Positions 17,135 to 26,300 are shown, numbered from the stretch's first letter. The stretch is DNA of 64,000 bases from Anaerolineae bacterium (GCA_023382675.1 JAHDWN010000012.1:81548-145547); one strand, 5' to 3'. The notes: generated from the letters alone by a model not told the origin. Numbers and translations: made by a program.

Positions 17135-18877
17135 ATGGCGCGTATTTTCATCAGCCACAGCCCGACAGATGTATCATTCGCCAAGCAGATTGCGCGGGAA
17201 CTGGTCGATCTGGGCGCAAATGTCTGGTTGGATGCGTCCGATCTTCCACCGGGTGGCCGCTGGCACAACGATCTTAACATCGGCTTCGAATTATGCGACG
17301 CCATGATCGTGTTGCTATCCTCACTCGCTGTGGCCGAAAGGCGCGTGCTCAACGACTGGAATACCTATTTTCAGCGCAAAAAGCCTGTCATCCTGGTCGC
17401 AATTGACACGCCGGATCGTCTGGGTATTCATCTGGAGCCGGGACAATATGTTGATTTCGCGCAGCAGCCCTATGAAACCGGCACGCGCCAACTGATCGAA
17501 ACCCTGCGCTACTGGGGCACGCTGCCCGCTGCGCAGCCGGCTGCGCCTGTTCCCGCACTGCTTCAGGAAGAAGCTACTGTGCGCTCACAACCAGTGATGC
17601 AGCCCGCCCGCAGCGAAACGGTCGTCGCCGGAACCGAATCCACGCCAGGCCGAGTCACAGTTGAGCAGGAAACAAGCGTCGTTCCGACCTCAGCTGCTTT
17701 CACAAGCTCTCGTTTCCTGCTGCCTGCCGCGATTGGGTTACTGCTGGCGATTCTGGTTTGCGGCGGCTTGATCCTGTTTGTCTTGCTGCCGCAGGCAGAG
17801 CGCGCCAATCAGGAAGCAACCGCCGCTGCTGCGACTCAGATCGCCCTGGCCTACGACGAAATGACGCAGATCGCATTTGCGACCCTCTCGGCAGGGACTC
17901 AAATCGCCCAGAGTACACAAGTGGCACTCGGCCAGGCTCAGCAAGAACAGACGTTGGCACAGACCGCCACCGCGCTCGCGCCCACGCTGGAATTTGCCGC
18001 TACCGCTACAGCGCAAGCGGCGGCCGTGCAAGACGCCTTTGCCAGCGCCGCAACCTTGAGCGCGCTTCAGGCAACCTTGAGCGCGCAGCAGGCAGCTGAC
18101 CGCGGTGTGCCGCCGGCGACGCCGCCGACGAGCAACCGCTTTGCCAACCAGTCGCTGATTTTCAATTTACAGCGGGAGTGGTTCATCGGCAAGTACGTGG
18201 TGCGCTATTGGAGCGATCCAACGCTCACCTACACAGTGCTCACGATTGACAGCGCGGATCAGCCCCGCGTGCAGATCGACAGTTTCATCGGTGGAACCGT
18301 CAGCGAACTGACGGGTACTGACGTGACGGGCGAGGGCAATCCGGACGTGGTCTTCGAAATGTCGTATGGTGGTGCTACCGGGCTGTCGTGCTCCGTACAC
18401 GTCTATGATCTGGGGACGACGATCACCAAGATTATCGAAACGGCGACAGCCGCCTGTGGTTCGCGTTTTGCCGACCCCAATTTTGATGGCATTCCAGAGT
18501 TGATCGTGGCCGATACCACGTATACATATCAGTTCTGCAGTGGCGCAGAGTCACCCCTGGTCGAGGTTGTCATGGCCTACGACCGGGGCGGACGCACGTA
18601 TCGCCCGCAGAGCGCCTTGTACCCAGCTTACTATCGTGCGCAGGCAGAAGCATATCTGGCGCAGACAGACCTCAGTGCGCAGATCGCCGCTATGTCCGAA
18701 GCCGGGCAGATTGAAAGCGTCAAATGTCGTGTTCTGGGCCTCGTATTGCCATATCTCTATGGCGGTATGCGCAGCGAAGCATGGTCGGCGTTTTACCAGT
18801 ACTATCGCTATCCGGACGCGGCATCCTTCCGTGGCCAGATTGAAACCTTGTTCAACAGCAGCCCATTCTGCAAGTAG
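17135..18877 (+). CDS. Single-pass membrane protein: N-terminal cytoplasmic TIR domain, Ala/Gln/Thr-rich segment, C-terminal FG-GAP-like extracytoplasmic domain
   Basis: The N-terminus MARIFISHSPTDVSFAKQIARELVDLGANVWLDASDLPPGGRW...AMIVLLSS...KKPVILVAID matches the TIR_2 pattern. TM helix FLLPAAIGLLLAILVCGGLILFVLL. GTDVTGEGNPDVVF and FADPNFDGIPELIVAD resemble FG-GAP/VCBS loops. Confidence 0.75.
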   Translation: MARIFISHSPTDVSFAKQIARELVDLGANVWLDASDLPPGGRWHNDLNIGFELCDAMIVLLSSLAVAERRVLNDWNTYFQRKKPVILVAIDTPDRLGIHLEPGQYVDFAQQPYETGTRQLIETLRYWGTLPAAQPAAPVPALLQEEATVRSQPVMQPARSETVVAGTESTPGRVTVEQETSVVPTSAAFTSSRFLLPAAIGLLLAILVCGGLILFVLLPQAERANQEATAAAATQIALAYDEMTQIAFATLSAGTQIAQSTQVALGQAQQEQTLAQTATALAPTLEFAATATAQAAAVQDAFASAATLSALQATLSAQQAADRGVPPATPPTSNRFANQSLIFNLQREWFIGKYVVRYWSDPTLTYTVLTIDSADQPRVQIDSFIGGTVSELTGTDVTGEGNPDVVFEMSYGGATGLSCSVHVYDLGTTITKIIETATAACGSRFADPNFDGIPELIVADTTYTYQFCSGAESPLVEVVMAYDRGGRTYRPQSALYPAYYRAQAEAYLAQTDLSAQIAAMSEAGQIESVKCRVLGLVLPYLYGGMRSEAWSAFYQYYRYPDAASFRGQIETLFNSSPFCK

Positions 18878-18988
18878 ATGAGTAGCTCGTGAAGAAGCAG
18901 CTCTTGTCCGAAAGCTAATACAGATTCACATCGTCAGGTTTTACGATGTGATATGTACTTTGAGGCTCATTGGAACGAGGGTTTGATC

Positions 18989-19273
18989 ATGGCTAAGGCG
19001 ATCTGGAATGGCGTCGTTATCGCGGAGAGTCCCAAGACGGTGCTTATAGAGGGCAATCACTATTTCCCCCGCGAGTCGGTTAACATGGAGTATTTACACA
19101 ATAGTAGTTCGCACACGATTTGCCCATGGAAGGGGCAGGCGAGCTACTACAGTATCGAAGTCAATGGACAGGTGAATAAAGATGCTGCGTGGTATTACCC
19201 GCAGCCGAAACCTGCCGCCCGTGAAATCACGGATCACATCGCTTTCTGGCGCGGTGTGAAGATCGAAGCATAA
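18989..19273 (+). CDS. DUF427 domain protein
   Basis: AIWNGVVIAES...IEGNHYFP...CPWKGQASYYSIEVNG...DAAWYYPQPKPAA...IAFWRGV is the classic DUF427 signature. Confidence 0.8.
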   Translation: MAKAIWNGVVIAESPKTVLIEGNHYFPRESVNMEYLHNSSSHTICPWKGQASYYSIEVNGQVNKDAAWYYPQPKPAAREITDHIAFWRGVKIEA

Positions 19274-19280
19274 GCAATAG

Positions 19281-19313
19281 AACAGGGCGTCCCGCGACGC
19301 CCTGTTTTGTTTT
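19281..19313. terminator. Bidirectional rho-independent terminator
   Basis: AACAGGGCGTC-CCGC-GACGCCCTGTT followed by TTTTGTTTT, between convergent genes. Confidence 0.75.
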
Positions 19314-20328
19314 ACGTTGGGCGATCCGGCACAGGTAATCGCTCCAGGAAACGATCCTGCGGTGTCCCCTCAGCCACCCAGCCAATCGGGTCACTGCTGC
19401 CGCCGAAGACCTGGACCTGCCACCAGTTGAAGTTGTCGCGACACATCGGCCCATCCAGGATGACAAGCTGGAGGCCGCCGATCAGGGTAGCCACCAACGG
19501 CGCGCGTTCGCTGGGGGCCTCGCGCAGGAGGCGCACAGCGCCATGGGTACCCTTGACGACGATGCGCTCACCAGCAGTGAAGTTGAGCGGTGGGAAGCAT
19601 TCCGCGACCGAGTACAGCGGGCGTAATTCTGGCTCGATGTAATAGTCATAATCGGGGCCTTCGGTGATCCAACCATCGACTAATTGCCCGCTGTCACCGT
19701 ACTCAACCTGAATCTGCCAATAATTCAGCCCGTCCCGGCAGGTCGGCCCGCCGATCACGGGCAGCAGCGACGTGTAGGGCGCGACGGTAAGCACCAGCCC
19801 GGTGTCTCCCGGTTCAGTGCGCACCCGGACGCTCTTGAGAAGCCGGATGCGCTCCCCGGTCTGAATCTCCTGCGGCTCGGTGCACGACTGATCAACGCCG
19901 GCAGCAACCAGGAGGCTGATGTAGTAGCTGTCTGGCCGACCTTCCGCCACCCAACCCGGGTCGCCCACGCCGCGCACACGCCACCAATTGTAGCCGTCAG
20001 CGCAGACTGGGCCATCGGTGATATAAGCAGCCATCGGGATGTCGAAGTAATTGACCAGCGCGCTGCTCGCGCTCGGCTGGGCGCGCAGATTAATGCCAGC
20101 GCGAATGCCTACCTGATCGCCGACGCCAAGTGACAGGGGCGAATAACAACCGCCTGGCGGGGTTGCGGTTGGCCCGCTGGGGGTGGGGGGTGTCAGGGTG
20201 ATGACGACAGTGCCCGGCGGATAGAGAGTCACCTGCGTCACCGTTTGGGCTCTCAGATCTGCCGGAACGACCAACAGCCCCAGTACCACGATGCCAAGCA
20301 GTAGCGCGATGAAAAATATACGGAGCAT
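19312..20328 (-). CDS. Secreted/anchored protein with three bacterial SH3-like repeats
   Basis: N-terminal TM/signal MLRIFFIALLLGIVVLGLLVV. Three repeats follow the pattern ...R..P......V........I.GP.C.DG.NWW.V......GWV.EG. Confidence 0.7.
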   Translation of the reverse strand: MLRIFFIALLLGIVVLGLLVVPADLRAQTVTQVTLYPPGTVVITLTPPTPSGPTATPPGGCYSPLSLGVGDQVGIRAGINLRAQPSASSALVNYFDIPMAAYITDGPVCADGYNWWRVRGVGDPGWVAEGRPDSYYISLLVAAGVDQSCTEPQEIQTGERIRLLKSVRVRTEPGDTGLVLTVAPYTSLLPVIGGPTCRDGLNYWQIQVEYGDSGQLVDGWITEGPDYDYYIEPELRPLYSVAECFPPLNFTAGERIVVKGTHGAVRLLREAPSERAPLVATLIGGLQLVILDGPMCRDNFNWWQVQVFGGSSDPIGWVAEGTPQDRFLERLPVPDRPT

Positions 20329-20533
20329 GGTATGTCTATCCTCCGGCCCGGTTGCCACGCACACCTCCTCATTTTAACACAGCGCATAGAAACCGTCCGT
20401 TGATCGTCTGGCAGGCGGTAGAACTTATGGACTATGCTTAAAATGTAGGCTTATGCTTTGTATACCCTTCGCGAATGTGCGCCGGGTATATACTTGCTTT
20501 ACGGACTTAATTCGACAAAGGAGCACGCTTGTA

Positions 20534-21685
20534 ATGTCCAGACAATTGGCCTCCATGCTTTTTGTGGCGTTGGTGGTGATGTTGACAATGGTTGCACCAA
20601 CGTTCGCGCAGGATACCGGCGTGATTAATCCGAATGCGACGATTACTTTCCCGCCGCCTGTGTATGTTGTTTCCGGTGAATTTACCATTCGGGGATCGGC
20701 GAATCTGCCGAACATGACAAACTACTTTATTGAGTACAGCCAGATGGCGGAATATACCCCAGGGGCAGACCCAAATGCTGCTCCCCTGTGGTTCCCGGCG
20801 ACGCTGCCGAGTTCGACGCCTGTACAGGATGGCATTCTGGGCGTCTGGGATACCTCGCAGACCGAGGATGGGGTTTATGCGCTGAGACTCACGGTGCGCG
20901 TGCGCGGTGGGCAGCCTGTGACGAGTATCGTCGCTCCCGTTCGCGTCGAGAATCAGCCGTCACCATTTGCACCATCGCGTCCGGTTGTGACACAGGAGCC
21001 GGTAGCGCCGCTTCCCACCAGCGCGCCCGCTTTCGATCCGACACCGCGCGTAACGGCCACCCGCGTGGCGGTCAACGTGCGCTCTGGCGATAGCACCGAC
21101 TATCCGATTGTTGGTTCGCTCCTGCGCGATCAGACGGTTCCAATTCTGGGCATCAGCAATATGGGGACCGGCTGGTATTATATCGAGCTGCCGAACGGTC
21201 AGCGCGGCTGGGTTTCTCCGACGGTTGTGGAGGCGGAAGGCGATTTCAGCAACATTCGCCGGATCGCGCCGCCGCCGGTGCCGGTAACGCCGACGCCCGT
21301 GCCCACATTTACGCCTGCCAGCGCGGTCAATCTTGTCGCCGGATTGGTGTTCTTCGATACACCCAACCCAACGTGCGCGACACCGTTCACCGTTGGCTTT
21401 GACGTGGCGAACATGGGCACAATCCCCAGCCCTGGCGGGGCCGTTTCGCTGGTCGATACGCGCGCGGCAGATGGCTCGATCCAGCAAACACGGATCGGCA
21501 ACTTCCCGATCATCAATCCGGGCACGACCTACCGAGTGAACATCCCGCTACAGGTGGATACCTGGTACAACGAGAATCACGTCATCACGCTGACCATCGA
21601 TCCGCAGAACCTGATTCCAGAGTTCAACGAGAACGATAATCGGCAGACCATCACCTATACTTTGCAGCGTGGCGCTTGCCCGTAG
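20534..21685 (+). CDS. Secreted protein with SH3b and CARDB-like domains
   Basis: AAAGGAG SD upstream. Signal peptide MSRQLASMLFVALVVMLTMVAPTFAQD. SH3b segment VNVRSGDSTDYPIVGSLLRDQTVPILG...GWYYIELPNGQRGWV. The C-terminal CARDB-like segment ends in NENDNRQTITY. Confidence 0.7.
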   Translation: MSRQLASMLFVALVVMLTMVAPTFAQDTGVINPNATITFPPPVYVVSGEFTIRGSANLPNMTNYFIEYSQMAEYTPGADPNAAPLWFPATLPSSTPVQDGILGVWDTSQTEDGVYALRLTVRVRGGQPVTSIVAPVRVENQPSPFAPSRPVVTQEPVAPLPTSAPAFDPTPRVTATRVAVNVRSGDSTDYPIVGSLLRDQTVPILGISNMGTGWYYIELPNGQRGWVSPTVVEAEGDFSNIRRIAPPPVPVTPTPVPTFTPASAVNLVAGLVFFDTPNPTCATPFTVGFDVANMGTIPSPGGAVSLVDTRAADGSIQQTRIGNFPIINPGTTYRVNIPLQVDTWYNENHVITLTIDPQNLIPEFNENDNRQTITYTLQRGACP

Positions 21686-21709
21686 GCCAGCCAGCAAGCA
21701 AAGCAGCGC

Positions 21710-21742
21710 AAGAGCGGGTCACATGGCCCGCTCTTTGCTTTT
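21710..21742 (+). terminator. Rho-independent terminator
   Basis: AAGAGCGGG-TCACATGG-CCCGCTCTT followed by TGCTTTT. Confidence 0.7.
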
Positions 21743-21796
21743 CAGTTCGCGCCAATACGCATACAATTAGATTAAGCAACAAGATATTTTCTCACC

Positions 21797-22891
21797 ATGA
21801 GCCACACACCGATCGTCTTTCCGAGTGGACGCCGCCGCATCACACGGGTGATGCGCATTGGGCGGGCCGCCTGGCATGATACTTCAGCGCTGCTGCGTGA
21901 ATTTCGCGTGCCTATCCTTGCACTGCTGATTGCGATCTTTGGCGGGGGCTGGCTCTATGGCGAGCTTCACTTTCTGGCGCGCGGGGAGCGTATTGCTTTC
22001 GCCGATCTGCCTTATGACATGATTCAACTCATGAGTTTGCAGGGCATTCCGGAAGAGAAACCACCGGCAGAGCCGTATCTGGTTGTTTTCTGGTACTTGC
22101 TGCCGCTGATCGGCATCTATGTTGTGGGGCGCGGCGCGGTCGATTTTGGGCGACTGTTTTTTGACCGAAGCGGGCGTCGCAATGCGTGGGAGGAAGCCGT
22201 GGCATCAACCTATCGTAATCACGTGATTGTTGTCGGTGTCGGGCATGTTGGGTTGCGGATTGTGCGCCAGCTTGTCGGCATGGGCTTTGAAGTGACTGCC
22301 GTTGACGCCAATCTCTCGGCTGAGAAAGATCAGGAACTAAGCCAGCTTAGCGTTCCTCTGGTGATCGGTGATGGGCGCCTACCTACCACGCTGGAGAAAG
22401 CCGGGCTACTGTATGCACGGGCGCTGATTATCTCCACATCTGACGATCACATCAATCTGGAAATAACTATGCGCGCACGCGATTTGAATCCGGACGTGCG
22501 CATTATCGTCCGTATGTGGGACAGCACCTTCGCGCGCCAACTCAACCGCTTCATGGGTGTCGAGGCTGTCCTGAGCGCATCCGACCTGGCAGCGCCAGCC
22601 TTTGCCGGTGCCGCCATCGGCATCGAGGTCACACAAACGATCAAGGTGCATGGCGTCGATTACAGCATGATCCGGTTGCAAGTTGAACCAGGCTCATTCA
22701 TGGAAGATGAGACTATCGGCAATCTGCAAGACCAACACGATCTCGATATTGTGCTCCATGCGCGCGATGGGGATGCGCTCGTCCATCCGGAGGGGAATAT
22801 CCGCGTAAAAAGCGGCGATGTGCTCGTTCTTTTCGCGCGCCATTCGCGAATTATCGATTTAGCCGCCCAGAAGAAGATCGCGGGGCGGTGA
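21797..22891 (+). CDS. Membrane protein with RCK (TrkA-N/TrkA-C) domains, K+-channel-like
   Basis: Two to three TM segments are followed by the Rossmann motif NHVIVVGVGHVGLRIVRQL and a TrkA-C-like tail. I could not find a TVGYG-type selectivity filter. Confidence 0.7.
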   Translation: MSHTPIVFPSGRRRITRVMRIGRAAWHDTSALLREFRVPILALLIAIFGGGWLYGELHFLARGERIAFADLPYDMIQLMSLQGIPEEKPPAEPYLVVFWYLLPLIGIYVVGRGAVDFGRLFFDRSGRRNAWEEAVASTYRNHVIVVGVGHVGLRIVRQLVGMGFEVTAVDANLSAEKDQELSQLSVPLVIGDGRLPTTLEKAGLLYARALIISTSDDHINLEITMRARDLNPDVRIIVRMWDSTFARQLNRFMGVEAVLSASDLAAPAFAGAAIGIEVTQTIKVHGVDYSMIRLQVEPGSFMEDETIGNLQDQHDLDIVLHARDGDALVHPEGNIRVKSGDVLVLFARHSRIIDLAAQKKIAGR

Positions 22892-22894
22892 GTC

Positions 22895-23335
22895 ATGCTG
22901 CTCTCTGCTGATGAAATCGTCCTGTCGCGGCATCGGTTGCCGCAGCCGTATCGCAGTCTGCTGGCGCTGCTCTGGATGTCTCCAACCATCTTGCTCGGCG
23001 TTACGCTGGCACTTACGCATGGCCTGCGCGCGATTGATGCGCGCTTGCTGACTTTGATGGTTGTCATGCTTGTGCCTGGGCTTTACGTCTGGCGCGAAGG
23101 CATCGACACGACACCCAACGGCATCATCTGTCGTATCCACCGGACACGACGCTATCGATATGGAATGCTCACAGATTGGGACTATAGGGAAAATGCAGGC
23201 GTTTTGAGAGTATGGGACGAGACGGGTAACCTGGCACTAGAATGTTATGCTGCACATCTCACAGCATTTGAAGCGCTCATCGTCATTCTACAGACACGCA
23301 TCAAAGCCCACGCAGCCGATCAATCAGACGGCTAA
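22895..23335 (+). CDS. Small membrane protein (2 TM plus soluble tail), unknown function
   Basis: It starts 4 nt after the RCK gene stop. TM segments are LLALLWMSPTILLGVTLAL and LLTLMVVMLVPGLYVW. Confidence 0.5.
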   Translation: MLLSADEIVLSRHRLPQPYRSLLALLWMSPTILLGVTLALTHGLRAIDARLLTLMVVMLVPGLYVWREGIDTTPNGIICRIHRTRRYRYGMLTDWDYRENAGVLRVWDETGNLALECYAAHLTAFEALIVILQTRIKAHAADQSDG

Positions 23336-23588
23336 CCACACTCTTGCGCTGCTGAACCATTTCGGGGGCGAGCTGCCTGCTGCTCATTTGCTGACGGATC
23401 ATCTGTTGAAGACGTCCCGTCTCCTGAATGATGATGGCTTGATGCACGATTTCATCGTCAACCAAATACCAACCATTGCCTAGATAGCGCATGGCCGGTT
23501 TACGCAAATAAACCGTGCGATAAGATTCGATGTAACTCTCAATGACATCGCGCGATGAAATCGCTAAGGCTGGATCGAGGACGCTCAT
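23301..23588 (-). CDS. Small protein, paralogue B of an unrecognised family
   Basis: It aligns with the 23704..23973 product: VIESYIESYRTVYLRKPAMRYLGNGWYLVDDEIVHQAII...VVSRLIDRLRGL. The start was chosen by that alignment; GTG 23660 is also possible. Confidence 0.5.
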   Translation of the reverse strand: MSVLDPALAISSRDVIESYIESYRTVYLRKPAMRYLGNGWYLVDDEIVHQAIIIQETGRLQQMIRQQMSSRQLAPEMVQQRKSVVSRLIDRLRGL

Positions 23589-23703
23589 AGGTAAGAATCC
23601 CAGAATGTTTCGGAACTCTTCCCTCATTATTACAGAGTTTTGGCGCTTTAGATCAGACACAACGTTGCAGATGTTATGAAAAATCCGTAAAGGGGAAGTT
23701 TAA

Positions 23704-23973
23704 CTACAAACTCCGCAACTTGGCAATAAGTCGGTTGATTATGCCTTTGTCCGCACTCATCAGTGTTTGCTTCTGAGCCAGATCCCGCAGCCGGGCAATT
23801 TCGCGGATAAGCACACTGTGATGAACAGCTTCGTTATTGACGAAATACCAGTAGTTGCCCGCGTAGCGCACCCCTGGTTCTCGACCGTTGACCATTTTAT
23901 AGGCGCGCCGATAGTGCTCTATCACTTGACGGGGCGGAAGGGCAGTTTCTTCAAGAACGACGTTGTGAATCAT
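23704..23973 (-). CDS. Small protein, paralogue A of an unrecognised family
   Basis: 89 aa: VIEHYRRAYKMVNGREPGVRYAGNYWYFVNNEAVHHSVL...IINRLIAKLRSL. It is flanked by AT-rich spacers. Confidence 0.55.
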   Translation of the reverse strand: MIHNVVLEETALPPRQVIEHYRRAYKMVNGREPGVRYAGNYWYFVNNEAVHHSVLIREIARLRDLAQKQTLMSADKGIINRLIAKLRSL

Positions 23974-24125
23974 GCGTTTCTTCCACTTTTGCCTGATCTT
24001 ACACCCTGTCAGTTTGTGAAAAGCGTAAAGAGTGTAGCAAATAGTTGGATAGCTGTGTAGAAAATTTCACAAATTTTATGATATTCGATCTTGGGTACCC
24101 TTGTGGAGTAGGACAAAAGTACTTT

Positions 24126-25736
24126 CTACATCCGGAAAACGCCGTAACGCGTGTCTGTGTCGGCGGAATTTGAACATACACTCAACGCGAGTGCAAGCAC
24201 TCGCCGTGTTTCCACCGGATCAAGAATGCCATCATCCCAAAGGCGAGCGGTCGAATAGTAAGGGCTGCCCTCACGCTCATACTTATCCAGAATCGGCTGT
24301 TTGAAAGCCGCCTGTGCTTCTTCGCTCATGGTCGGGCTGCCCATGCGTGCTAACTGATCCTGTTTGATCGTCAGCAGCACATTCGCCGCTTGCTCCCCAC
24401 CCATCACGCTGATGCGCGCATTCGGCCACATCCAGAGAAAGCGCGGCGCATAAGCTCTGCCGCACATGCCATAGTTGCCCGCGCCAAAACTCCCGCCAAT
24501 AATGACCGTCAGTTTGGGCACGGCGGCGTTTGCCACCGCATGTACCATCTTTGCGCCATCCTTGGCGATGCCACCGTGCTCATACGCCTTGCCGACCATG
24601 AAGCCGGTGATATTTTGCAGAAACAGCAAGGGGATGCGGCGCGCAGTACACAGTTCGATGAAATGTGTGCCTTTGAGCGCACTTTCGCTGAATAACACAC
24701 CGTTATTGGCAATAATGCCGACCGGAAAGCCTTCAATGCGCGAAAAACCCGTGATCAATGTCGTTCCATAATCGGCTTTGAACTCACGGAATCGGCTGCC
24801 ATCGACGAGACGGGCGATGATCTCGCGCACGTCGTAGGATTCGCGAAATGTCGTGGGCAGGATGCCATAGATTTCTGCGGGGTCGTAACGCGGAGGTTCG
24901 GGCGCAGCAAGGTCCAGATCGACGTGTTTACGGCGATTCAACGACGCCACGATGCCACGCACAAGTTCGAGTGCATGATCGTCATCTTCGGCGTAGTGAT
25001 CAGCAACGCCGGAGATGTGGGTATGTACATAGGCCCCGCCCAGCTCCTCTGCGGTGACTTCCTCACCGGTCGCCGCCTTGACCAGTGGCGGGCCGCCCAG
25101 AAAGATGGTGCCCGTTCCCTTGACGATGACCGTCTCGTCGCTCATTGCCGGGACGTAAGCGCCGCCCGCCGTGCAGCTGCCCATGACCGCGCTGATCTGA
25201 GGGATGCCCTCCGCGCTCATCGTCGCCTGGTTGTAAAAGATGCGCCCGAAATCATCGACATCGGGAAATACCTCGTCTTGCATCGGCAAAAATGCGCCGC
25301 CGCTATCGACGAGATAGATGCACGGCAGGCGATTTTCCAGCGCAATCTGTTGAGCGCGGAGATGTTTCTTAACGGTCAGCGGGAAATATGTGCCGCCTTT
25401 CACGGTTGCATCGTTCGCGACGATCACACACTCGACGCCGGCGACGCGCCCAATGCCGGTAATGATACCAGCGCTGGGCACATCATCCTCGTAGACCTGC
25501 CAGGCAGCGAGCGGCGATAATTCAATGAAGGGAGAACCGGGATCGAGCAGGTGATCAATGCGGTCACGCACAAACAGTTTTCCCTGTTCACGCTGCCGTT
25601 CCTGGTATTTTTCGCCGCCGCCCTGGCGTACTTGCGCCAGATGCGCGCGCAGTTGTTGGACTATCGCCCGGTTATGGCGGTCATTGGCGATAATATGCTC
25701 ATCCTGAGGATCGATCTGCGTGTCAAGTATGTGCAT
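24126..25736 (-). CDS. Acyl-CoA carboxylase carboxyltransferase (beta) subunit, methylcrotonyl-/propionyl-CoA type
   Basis: 536 aa. [40 protein letters not shown] and [10 protein letters not shown] are present. Confidence 0.9.
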   Translation of the reverse strand: MHILDTQIDPQDEHIIANDRHNRAIVQQLRAHLAQVRQGGGEKYQERQREQGKLFVRDRIDHLLDPGSPFIELSPLAAWQVYEDDVPSAGIITGIGRVAGVECVIVANDATVKGGTYFPLTVKKHLRAQQIALENRLPCIYLVDSGGAFLPMQDEVFPDVDDFGRIFYNQATMSAEGIPQISAVMGSCTAGGAYVPAMSDETVIVKGTGTIFLGGPPLVKAATGEEVTAEELGGAYVHTHISGVADHYAEDDDHALELVRGIVASLNRRKHVDLDLAAPEPPRYDPAEIYGILPTTFRESYDVREIIARLVDGSRFREFKADYGTTLITGFSRIEGFPVGIIANNGVLFSESALKGTHFIELCTARRIPLLFLQNITGFMVGKAYEHGGIAKDGAKMVHAVANAAVPKLTVIIGGSFGAGNYGMCGRAYAPRFLWMWPNARISVMGGEQAANVLLTIKQDQLARMGSPTMSEEAQAAFKQPILDKYEREGSPYYSTARLWDDGILDPVETRRVLALALSVCSNSADTDTRYGVFRM

Positions 25737-25826
25737 GGGCTGCCTCCGTGCCGAAGCTCACTATAGTAGATCGCCTCAGTGCAGGAGGCCAATGGACATA
25801 CGACGGTTTACCGCTGCGCAGCCGAT

Positions 25827-26174
25827 CTAGCCGGTAGTACGAATGTCGGGCAGTGGGCCGGGCATGACGATGAATTCCTCGGTATAGAGATGGATGCGCA
25901 CAGCACTGAACAGATCGCCATCAGCGCCAGCTTCCAGGCCGAGCTGTGTCGCGAAGGATGCTTCCATTTCTTCGAGGCTGTCCCACCAAAGTTCTGCCGT
26001 GCCGTCATAGTCCGGCGCGCCCTCCGGTTGGGTCGGAACGGCGATATTGATGCGATAGCCTTTCAAGCCGGGGAGTCTGCCGGAGATGCGCGTATGCTCG
26101 ACAACCCAGCGTTCCTTGAACTCCTCCATCGTCATACCCGGTTTGCGTTTGAGAAAGGCGATAAGTTTGATCAT
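25827..26174 (-). CDS. EthD domain protein
   Basis: AAGGAG lies 6 nt upstream of ATG 26174. MIKLIAFLKRKPGMTMEEFKERW...H...PGLKGY..N... matches the EthD pattern. Confidence 0.7.
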   Translation of the reverse strand: MIKLIAFLKRKPGMTMEEFKERWVVEHTRISGRLPGLKGYRINIAVPTQPEGAPDYDGTAELWWDSLEEMEASFATQLGLEAGADGDLFSAVRIHLYTEEFIVMPGPLPDIRTTG

Positions 26175-26300
26175 GGCACACTCCTTTTTCAGCAATGGTA
26201 TTTGCATCACGCTCATTTTAGCGCGCTTGAGAGCCTATTGCTCGGAGCAGCGGCTCTAGATGGGCTGACAAATCACATCATCGAGTCGTGAGTGGGTTGC

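Noticed and set aside
17135-18877. The TIR protein as part of a Thoeris-like or other known TIR defence system
   Set aside because: No SIR2/SLOG (ThsA-like), STING, CBASS cyclase or other effector gene is adjacent. The neighbours are a methyltransferase, a kinase and DUF427. It is kept only as a stand-alone curiosity.
18926-18951. 9-bp hairpin TCACATCGT-N8-ACGATGTGA upstream of the DUF427 gene
   Set aside because: It is short, AT-rich and isolated. It could be the terminator of the TIR gene or nothing at all, and the evidence is insufficient for a regulatory claim.
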